Assembly: GCA_000025185.1 (NCBI GenBank)
Contig: CP001848.1
Span: 5,880,001-5,912,000, forward strand
From: Pirellula staleyi DSM 6068
GTDB taxonomy: Bacteria > Planctomycetota > Planctomycetia > Pirellulales > Pirellulaceae
Reading direction: 5' to 3'
DNA: 32,000 nt
The notes beneath the pieces were generated by a model. The model searched no databases, was not told the DNA's origin, and was given only the letters and a program-made list of their open reading frames with translations. The position numbers were made by a program, and so were the translations under genes. This document shows positions 17,757 through 25,601 of the stretch, piece by piece (position 1 is the stretch's first letter; each line of letters starts with the position of its first letter).

Positions 17757-18295
17757 TTCGCTCCTTGAATCCCAAGGGAACAGGACGCCACAGCTGATAC
17801 AAACATGGATGCTCCGACGAAGGTAAATTTGACCAGACGCTGATGGGGAAGTCGTGGCGCATGATGCCCCGACTTCCGATGGGACGGGCCTCCGAAACAG
17901 ATGCGGCCTACGTTTCCCAGTGACTTTCGCGTCTTTTCTCACGGGAATTCTTTCCCCGCACTGTCTTCTAAAAACTCTGGGCAGTGCTCAGCTGCGTGAA
18001 ACGCTACAAACGGCAAAGTTCGCGCAGCAGGATGCTCATCGCTGCGACCTATCGGGCCGATCTAGCAAGCACACCTAAGCTTTGCGCCATCAAGTGCATC
18101 TGTCCGACATTTGTCAAACGCGCATCGATCGCGCCGACCTTCAGAATCGGCAATGGCTGCATGCATGGTACCTGGGGGATCATGCAGGAGTCCTCTGGAG
18201 TTGTGCGTCGATGACACAACTAGCGCGATGGGCTCGGATTGCCCTCACGAAACGCTGCTCTGCATGTTTCTACCTGCCAGTCGAGGTTTGGTCGC

Positions 18296-19525
18296 ATGGA
18301 TGGGACACTCCCCCTCGGTGAGCCTGCGCGCTCCCATGGTTTACTACCGTTTCTACTCTCACGAAGACGCTGGATCGCTGCACAAAAGCTTGCCGCCATG
18401 ATCCTGGCCATCGCCGGTGGCGTTATTTCGCTGGCGAGCGATCTGCACGCGCAGTCAAGTTGGCCAGAGCCAGCGCTGCTTTTACCGATGCCCACTGATG
18501 GTCCGGTGCGATCGGAAGTGATCCAGCTTTGTCAGCATCTTCCAGCTCCCGACCAGGGATCGTATTACGACCCCGCCACGATGGGCCCGCCAACAGCCTA
18601 CGACACCGCCACTTACTCGGCGGGTATGCCCAACGCTCCAGCTCCCGTGCTGATGCAGGAGCCGATGTATTACGAAGAAAACGCCGAAAATGTCCACTAC
18701 TGCGAGTGGGGCTGCGATGAGCGCTGGATCGATAACTTCAGCGTCTTCACCGGGCTTGAAGGCTCGAAACAGCCGCAAGACTTTGGCGTGAATGCCCACT
18801 TTGGTGGTCGCGTGGCGACCAATCTCGGCATCGCGCTTCATCGCGATTTGGGGATTGGTTTTCAGATCGGAACTTCGATCAACGCCACTGCTTCTGCAGT
18901 GCAGGTGCTCGAACTGATCGGTGCGGGAACCGGACGCGTTCAAAGCTTCACCACGGTTGGCCTATTTCAGCGCACCGATGGTGGCTGGATCTGGGGCGTC
19001 GGCTACGACTTTTTGTACCAGGAGTACACCGACGTAGCGACCTTGGGACAAGCACGCATTCGGCTCGGCTACGAGTTGACCGAGAACAGCGAAATCGGCG
19101 CGCGGGCGATGATTGCCACACAAGATGCCCAGAACGTCGATTTCGGCGGAGTCGATGTAACACTCGAAGCGATCGACCAGGCACATCTATACTGGCGCAA
19201 GTTCTGGGCTAGTCGCGGTTTCACCGAATGCTGGATCGGTATTTCGGAAGGGCATAGCGAGGCCAACATCGTCACCGGCGATCGTCCCGAACTCGACAAC
19301 CAGTTTGTGTTTGGCTCGAGTTTTCATCAGCCGCTGAACGACTATCTCGCGCTCTATGGCGAAGCCAATCTGATGATGCCGAGCGATACCGGAACCGTCG
19401 ACGCCTTTTTAGGCTTCGAATGCTATCCGGGTGGTGGTTCGTGGAGTTCGCAGCGCAACCGCTATAACCCAGCGCTCGGCGTGGCTAACAACACCAACTT
19501 CTCAGTCAACCTGTTCCGCCAATAG
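18296..19525 (+). CDS. Hypothetical secreted protein, putative outer-membrane beta-barrel (possibly BBP7-like)
   Basis: A signal-like segment SRRRWIAAQKLAAMILAIAGGVISLASDLHA favours the start at 18296 (alternatives 18239 TTG and 18398 ATG). The C-terminal ~300 aa show alternating hydrophobic/polar strands rich in G, Y and F. The family assignment is unverified. Confidence 0.6.
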   Translation: MDGTLPLGEPARSHGLLPFLLSRRRWIAAQKLAAMILAIAGGVISLASDLHAQSSWPEPALLLPMPTDGPVRSEVIQLCQHLPAPDQGSYYDPATMGPPTAYDTATYSAGMPNAPAPVLMQEPMYYEENAENVHYCEWGCDERWIDNFSVFTGLEGSKQPQDFGVNAHFGGRVATNLGIALHRDLGIGFQIGTSINATASAVQVLELIGAGTGRVQSFTTVGLFQRTDGGWIWGVGYDFLYQEYTDVATLGQARIRLGYELTENSEIGARAMIATQDAQNVDFGGVDVTLEAIDQAHLYWRKFWASRGFTECWIGISEGHSEANIVTGDRPELDNQFVFGSSFHQPLNDYLALYGEANLMMPSDTGTVDAFLGFECYPGGGSWSSQRNRYNPALGVANNTNFSVNLFRQ

Positions 19526-19740
19526 CCGTGCGGATCATCGGGCTCTTGCCACATGTAGCGTCTATGCGGCACGCGGCGAGTTTGACTTCATCGATCCAGG
19601 ACCTACGTATGAGAGTAGGCCTGGAAAGTCTGGAACATTGCGTGGGCAATTGACAGCTGGAGGGGCCTGCGAGCCAACGTTTGCACTTGGCAAGCGTTTG
19701 GCGATTCGGCCCCCTGCCGCCAACCCTAGCGCAAAAACTC

Positions 19741-22700
19741 ATGTCGCTTATCGCCCGAGGCTCGACTTCGTCCGGATTGTATCCGACCAGCGCGGAGGGT
19801 CCGATCGTTGGTCGCTACCATATCCTGGGGTGCCTCAGCACCACGGCCGATGGTGTCGCCTATCACGCGATCGATGTCGCCGACAGCATGCCGGTCGAAC
19901 TCCGGGTCCTGACGAGTCATCGTGAGGATAGTGCGCGACGCCGCGAACTTTTCGCGCGCTATCGCCTGCTGAGTCTTGCGAGTTCTCCTTCGATCCGACC
20001 TCTGCTCGCCTGCGAAGAGCATGCGGTTCCCCCGCTCCTTGCGATCGCATTTCCGCGGGCAACGCCGCTGACCGAATACGACGCTACCACACAAACCTTT
20101 GACGCTCGCCTGCGTTTAGCTCGTTCGCTTGTCGCCGCTCTGTTGCAAGCGCATCGCGTCGGACTCGTGCATGGGGGCATCCAGCCCTCTGCAATTCAAG
20201 TCACTCAGCAGGGATATGCTTCGCTCGATTTCACCGGCTGGGGTTTGACGCTCGAAGAGCAACAATCAGCCGACGCTGCGCGCGATCTCACCGCCACCAT
20301 TGCGATCGTACGCTGGCTCCTCGACTCCGACTTGAGCGTGTTGCCGCAACTCGCCGAGTACCTCACCGACTTTGAGCGATCCCACGCCCCCAGCGAGTTC
20401 GCTGTGGTGGAACTACTCGCCGCGCTCGATGGCAATGCCATACCGACGGCCGAGACCGACTTCTCGAAAACGGGGGAAGTCTCCATCGAGCTCTTCGCTC
20501 CCCCAGATGGGATGCATCCCGCGCGCGAACTTGCCCCCGATAAGACAGCCGAGGTGCCAATCGCGCCGATGGCTGGATCAGGGGCCGAGAGTCTGCTCGC
20601 GAACTTACCCGATGCCACGCATCATCAGCCGGTGTTTGGCAATGCGGCAGCTGGAGACGGAGGACTGCTGAATGCCGGCGAAACCTATGTCATCGACACC
20701 TGGAGTTCGCAAGCGCCGGTTGCATCGCGACATCGAACTGCAGAGATCACAGTCGGCACGACCCTCGGTCGCTACCAAATTGAAAGTCGACTCGGTGAAG
20801 GTGGGATGGGAGTTGTTTACAAAGCGATCGATCAATCGAGTGGACAAGTCGTCGCGCTGAAGGTGCTGCATCCGACACTTGTCGGTCGCGGGAACTCGCT
20901 CAAGCGATTTCGCAAAGAAGCTCGCATGCTGGCAGCGGTGAACAATCCGCTCGTCACCAACCTCTATGAAGCCAATGAAGATCAAGGGCTGCACTTCCTG
21001 GCGATGGAATTCATCGACGGGATCGATCTCAAAAAAGTTCTTGGAAGATTAAATCGCCTCCCTGAGTCGCTCGCACTCAAGGTTGTAGCCGACGTCGCCC
21101 GCGCCCTGGCCGACGCCCACGAAAAAGGAATCGTCCACCGCGACATCAAGCCCGAAAACATCTTGGTGCTCGATGGAGAAGCACTCCTGGCCGAAGATCT
21201 CGCCGCAACCAGTGATCCGACGCAAACGCTGGTCCTCGAGCCAACGCAATTTCCCGAGCGGCTGAAGATCAAGCTTTCGGATTTCGGAATTGCGCGACAA
21301 GTAAACCAGTCGGAATCGCTCGCCGCCACCCAGGCTGGGGCCATTCTCGGCACTCCCTACTACATGGCCCCCGAGCAATGCCAGGGCAAAGGGGAGATTG
21401 TTCCGCCGACCGACATCTATGCCCTCGGCTGCACGCTCTTCGAACTCCTTGCCGGTCGGCCGCCGTTTCTCGCCGAAGATGCGATGAAAATCGCATCGAT
21501 GCATTGCTTCGAAGCCCCCCCTGCACTGCGAAAAATCAACCCTGAAGTCAGCGAGCAGACACAGCGTTTGGTCGAGCGCTGCCTGGCAAAGAAACCAGCC
21601 GATCGCTTTGCTGATGCAGCTCATTTTCTCACGGAGCTCGATCAGCTTCGTGGAAGCGAATCGCGTAACTTTCAGCTGCATCCGGTGCTGCCACGACACG
21701 ATCCGGGCCAGCTCTTCCGTGCAGACTTTAGCTGGGATTTGCAAAGCACCGCTGCAGAACTTTGGCCTCTGGTTTCTAACACCGAGCGGCTGAACCGAGC
21801 GATGGGTTTGCCCAGTGTGGTCTATCGCACCGAGCACGATCCGGAACGTGGCACACGGAAGTTCGGCAGCTTTCGCCTCGCTGGCATGACCATCAGCTGG
21901 GAAGAACATCCGTTTGAGTGGGTCGAAGGTCGTCGCATGGGGATCTTGCGCGAGTTCACCCAAGGCCCCTTCAAGTGGTTCCTCAGCACGGTCGAACTGA
22001 CGCCACTTCCCGAAGGAGGAACACGACTCGATCATCGCATTCGGATCGAACCTCGCAACTTCATCGGATGGGCCGTGGCCAACATGGAAGTGAAATGGAA
22101 AGGGCAAGGGAATCTCGATCGTGTCTATCGGCGCATCGATCAAACGCTTCTCGACCGGCCCAGTGGACGCGATCTTGCCGACCCTTTTGAATCACCTCAG
22201 CCCCTTTCGAGGACTTCTCTTAAGCGACTCGAAGATCGCGCGCAACTACTCATCGCACGCGGGGTACGTCGCGAGGTAGCTGATCTGCTCGAGAAGTTCC
22301 TTCGTGAAGCGTCGGCCCAAGAGGTGGCGAAGATTCGGCCCCTTACGCTTGCTAACAGACTCGATCTCGACCCGAGTGAGCTCACCGAAGCCTTGCTGCA
22401 CGCCGCCGCTGAGGGGCTAGTGACACTTCACTGGGATGTGCTGTGCCCCACGTGTCGCGTACCTAGTGATGCGTGTGACACGCTGCGCGAGATCGAAAAA
22501 CATAATCGATGTGAAGCCTGCAATCTGAATTTCGAACTTGATCTGGCCAGCAGTGTCGAGCTGGTGTTCCGAGTCCATCCGGAAATTCGCGCAGCCGATA
22601 CAGGGATGTACTGCATTGGTGGTCCCGAACACTCACCCCATGTGGCAGCGCAAGTTCGCCTCGAAGCTGGTGAACGGATGGAACTTCAGCTCGCTCTGGA

Positions 22701-23577
22701 GGAAGGTGAGTATCTGATTCGTACTCCCCAGATGCGGCAGCAAGTGAAGCTGCGCGTTCGCGCTGTCGGACCGGGACGCTCAGCGGTCGAGTTCTCTCCC
22801 ACAATGGACGACCGCCGAGAACTTCAGCTACGCGCCGTAAATCAGCTTCTGGAGCTCTCTAACGCCTCAGCAGCAACGATCGTGGTGCGTGTCGAACGGA
22901 CCATTGCTCGGGGGGATGTCGTGACCGCCGCGCAAGCCTCTTCGCTGGCACTGTTTCGCGAACTCTTTCCGCAAGAGATGCTCGCCCCTGGTCAGCTGAT
23001 GAGCGTGCAAACGATCACGATCCTAGCCGCAGCGATCGACAATCTGGATGAGCTCTTCGCCACGCTTGGAGACGCCGGAACCTTTGGGGTGATCGAGCGC
23101 CACTATCAGCTGCTCGATCAAGCCGCCCGACGCCATCGCGGGACGATTGTCAAATTCGCCCCCGACGCTGTGATCGCCAGCTTTGCCGATCCTGCCGGGG
23201 CACTTCGGGCTGCGATTGATACACTCGGCACGCTGCGTCACGAAGCCTCGCAACGGGCCGAGGAGTTGGGGAAACCGCCGATTCCCACGCGGCTGAAAAT
23301 TGCCTTGCATCGTGGTCCAGCGCTCGTCACCACGCTGCAAGGACGACTCGACTACTTCGGTACCACCGAGCGCAGCGCAGCTATCTTGGCACAACGGGCT
23401 GCCGCTGGCGACTTGCTCGTTACCGATGCACTTTCGGGCGATGCTGCCTTGGCCGATGTAGTGGCCGAGCACCAGCTCGAAGTCGAACTCACTTCCCCTG
23501 GAGTTAAGCTCGATCGCATCTCCATCGTCGAGCGTTTGCAACTCCCCTCGAACTCGTCACTGGAGCAAGACCGATGA
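19741..23577 (+). CDS. Multidomain Ser/Thr protein kinase: pseudokinase + Hanks kinase + SRPBCC-like + Cys-cluster (DUF5939-like) + degenerate class III cyclase-homology domain
   Basis: The canonical kinase has LGEGGMGVVYKA, VALK (K at 20860), HRDIKPEN (21136-), DFG (21280-) and GTPYYMAPE. The other domains are described in the findings. I chose the ATG at 19741 (the track's TTG at 19681 is possible). No TM segment is seen. Confidence 0.9.
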   Translation: MSLIARGSTSSGLYPTSAEGPIVGRYHILGCLSTTADGVAYHAIDVADSMPVELRVLTSHREDSARRRELFARYRLLSLASSPSIRPLLACEEHAVPPLLAIAFPRATPLTEYDATTQTFDARLRLARSLVAALLQAHRVGLVHGGIQPSAIQVTQQGYASLDFTGWGLTLEEQQSADAARDLTATIAIVRWLLDSDLSVLPQLAEYLTDFERSHAPSEFAVVELLAALDGNAIPTAETDFSKTGEVSIELFAPPDGMHPARELAPDKTAEVPIAPMAGSGAESLLANLPDATHHQPVFGNAAAGDGGLLNAGETYVIDTWSSQAPVASRHRTAEITVGTTLGRYQIESRLGEGGMGVVYKAIDQSSGQVVALKVLHPTLVGRGNSLKRFRKEARMLAAVNNPLVTNLYEANEDQGLHFLAMEFIDGIDLKKVLGRLNRLPESLALKVVADVARALADAHEKGIVHRDIKPENILVLDGEALLAEDLAATSDPTQTLVLEPTQFPERLKIKLSDFGIARQVNQSESLAATQAGAILGTPYYMAPEQCQGKGEIVPPTDIYALGCTLFELLAGRPPFLAEDAMKIASMHCFEAPPALRKINPEVSEQTQRLVERCLAKKPADRFADAAHFLTELDQLRGSESRNFQLHPVLPRHDPGQLFRADFSWDLQSTAAELWPLVSNTERLNRAMGLPSVVYRTEHDPERGTRKFGSFRLAGMTISWEEHPFEWVEGRRMGILREFTQGPFKWFLSTVELTPLPEGGTRLDHRIRIEPRNFIGWAVANMEVKWKGQGNLDRVYRRIDQTLLDRPSGRDLADPFESPQPLSRTSLKRLEDRAQLLIARGVRREVADLLEKFLREASAQEVAKIRPLTLANRLDLDPSELTEALLHAAAEGLVTLHWDVLCPTCRVPSDACDTLREIEKHNRCEACNLNFELDLASSVELVFRVHPEIRAADTGMYCIGGPEHSPHVAAQVRLEAGERMELQLALEEGEYLIRTPQMRQQVKLRVRAVGPGRSAVEFSPTMDDRRELQLRAVNQLLELSNASAATIVVRVERTIARGDVVTAAQASSLALFRELFPQEMLAPGQLMSVQTITILAAAIDNLDELFATLGDAGTFGVIERHYQLLDQAARRHRGTIVKFAPDAVIASFADPAGALRAAIDTLGTLRHEASQRAEELGKPPIPTRLKIALHRGPALVTTLQGRLDYFGTTERSAAILAQRAAAGDLLVTDALSGDAALADVVAEHQLEVELTSPGVKLDRISIVERLQLPSNSSLEQDR

Positions 23578-25601
23578 ACACTGCCGCATCCTCGCTGCAG
23601 GTTTGGTACCTCCATAGCATTGGCGAAGCGAGTAGCATTGCGCGCCAGGTAACAATCACGCCACTGCCATTTCGCGTGGGACGAAGTTCCGACGCGCAGC
23701 TGTGGATTCCCTCGTCGAGCGTCTCCAAAATTCATGCCGAGTTTTTTGAACGCGATGGTCAGCTGTACTTGCGTGACCTGGGGAGCACCAACGGCACGTT
23801 TGTGAATGCCGAACGCATTCGTGGCGATGTAGCCGTGCAATCGGGCGATATCGTTCACTTTTCGACACTCGGATTTCAGATCGATTGCTGGGCAGGCAAC
23901 TTGCTTGGCAACACGATTGAAGAAAACCCATTTCAAACGGCACTCGCCGCGGAAATCGACGAGCGACGTCGCGCGGAAGAGTTGCTCTGGAACAGTCAAG
24001 CACGCTGGCGAGCGGTATTCGACAACGCAGCCGATGGGATCATCACCCTCAACGAATCGCTGCAGGTGGAAACCTACAACACTGCTGCGCAGCGGCTGTT
24101 CGGCTACTCGTGCGAGCAGATCGTAGGACTACAGATCTCGCTCCTGATGCCAGGTGTGGAACTCGACAGCTCCAATGCCGCCGCTCCCCAAGCGGGCCGA
24201 CGGATCGAGACACTCTGTCGCCGCAGCGATGGGAGCATGTTCCTTGCAGATGTGTCGCTCGGAACGGTTCCGCAAAGCAAGAGCCATGGCTATATCGCTA
24301 TTATTCGCGACATTACCCGTCAGCGACGCGATCAACAAGAGCTCGAAGAAGCCAAGCGTGCAGCCGAGTCGGCCAGTCATGCGAAGGACGAATTTCTGGC
24401 CAACATGAGCCACGAGATTCGCACCCCCATTACGGCGATTCTGGGTTTCAGCGATCTCTTGATTCACGATCAACGACTGCAGAATGAATTTCCCAATTGG
24501 TTTGAGTCGGCGCAGACCGTCTATCGAAACGGCGAGCATTTGCTGTCGCTCATTAACGATGTGCTGGACCTTTCGAAGATCGAAGCGGGGCGTCTGCTGA
24601 TTGAGTCGATTCGCTGCTCGCCCCTCGAAATCGTGCGCGACGTTTGTCAGCTGATGTCACTCAAAGCTTCGGAGAAAGACCTGACGCTCGACGTTTCCTT
24701 TCGCACCGATATTCCTGTGACAGCGGTCACCGATCCGACACGCATCAAGCAGGTGCTGATCAATCTGGTAGGGAATGCCGTGAAGTTTACGCCGCGCGGC
24801 AGTGTGCAAATCACGGTCGACATTCACAGCAGTGGTCACGCCACGATGCTGGCGGTGGAGGTGACCGATACCGGCATCGGCATGACCTCGGCGCAGATCG
24901 ACCGACTCTTTCAGCCTTTCACGCAAGCCGATGCGTCGACCACGCGCCGCTTTGGTGGCACGGGGCTTGGCCTGGTGATTTCGAAACGGATTGTCGAAGC
25001 GCTCGGTGGTCAGGTTTCGGTGGTCAGTCAGAGTGGCGAAGGGAGCACGTTTCGCGTGCTGCTCCCGCTGATTGTGCCGACAGAGAGTGCGTGGTTAACG
25101 CCATCCGAAGCACTGACAGCACTTCGCGAGCCTCTCCCTCGCCCCCAGATTTCGGCTGGTCCGCAGCTGACGGGGCGGATCTTGGTAGCCGACGATGGAA
25201 TCGATAATCAGCGACTCTTGCGGCAGATTCTGACGCGCGCGGGAGCCGATGTGACGGTGGCAGAGAATGGACTCGAAGCGGTTCGAGCATGGCAAGCGGC
25301 CAATTTGGCAGGGTGTCCGTTTGCACTGATTTTGATGGATATGCAGATGCCGGAACTGGATGGATACCAGGCGACCCGCAGATTGCGCGAGTTGGGGGCA
25401 ACCATTCCGATCATAGCGCTCACTGCGCACGCCATGACTGGCGATCGCGACCTATGTTTACAGGCAGGGTGCGACGATTACCTGACCAAGCCGTTTGAAC
25501 GCAAGCGTCTCCTCGAGACATTACGCAAACGACTTCTCGAAACACCCCTACTCTCGATAGATCCACATCACGATGGAACCCTCCGCACAAACGCGCCCTA
25601 A
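23574..25601 (+). CDS. FHA-domain hybrid sensor histidine kinase (FHA-PAS-HisKA-HATPase_c-REC)
   Basis: The FHA domain has FRVGRSS (R at 23682), SKIH and STNGTF. A PAS-like segment spans about 23980-24340. The H-box is FLANMSHEIRTP (His at 24411). The N/G boxes are NLVGNAVKFT, DTGIGM and GGTGLGL. The receiver has ILVADD and ILMDMQMP (Asp at 25338) and TKPF. The start ATGA overlaps the upstream stop. Confidence 0.9.
   Translation: MNTAASSLQVWYLHSIGEASSIARQVTITPLPFRVGRSSDAQLWIPSSSVSKIHAEFFERDGQLYLRDLGSTNGTFVNAERIRGDVAVQSGDIVHFSTLGFQIDCWAGNLLGNTIEENPFQTALAAEIDERRRAEELLWNSQARWRAVFDNAADGIITLNESLQVETYNTAAQRLFGYSCEQIVGLQISLLMPGVELDSSNAAAPQAGRRIETLCRRSDGSMFLADVSLGTVPQSKSHGYIAIIRDITRQRRDQQELEEAKRAAESASHAKDEFLANMSHEIRTPITAILGFSDLLIHDQRLQNEFPNWFESAQTVYRNGEHLLSLINDVLDLSKIEAGRLLIESIRCSPLEIVRDVCQLMSLKASEKDLTLDVSFRTDIPVTAVTDPTRIKQVLINLVGNAVKFTPRGSVQITVDIHSSGHATMLAVEVTDTGIGMTSAQIDRLFQPFTQADASTTRRFGGTGLGLVISKRIVEALGGQVSVVSQSGEGSTFRVLLPLIVPTESAWLTPSEALTALREPLPRPQISAGPQLTGRILVADDGIDNQRLLRQILTRAGADVTVAENGLEAVRAWQAANLAGCPFALILMDMQMPELDGYQATRRLRELGATIPIIALTAHAMTGDRDLCLQAGCDDYLTKPFERKRLLETLRKRLLETPLLSIDPHHDGTLRTNAP

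Noticed and set aside
16974-17942. A 322-aa minus-strand ORF, plus the 17155-17862, 17291-17707 and 17248-17826 ORFs, overlapping the PDZ gene
   Set aside because: These are shadow ORFs created by stop-poor GAY/CGN/AAY repeat DNA. Their translations are low-complexity with no motifs, while the plus-strand frame has a signal peptide and a PDZ core.
21049-22143. A 364-aa minus-strand ORF antisense to the kinase gene. Similar long antisense ORFs occur at 8813-9571, 13395-14156, 15544-16245, 26739-27533 and 28476-29270.
   Set aside because: Long antisense ORFs are typical of high-GC DNA. Each lies opposite a gene with unmistakable family motifs, and none shows recognisable motifs of its own.
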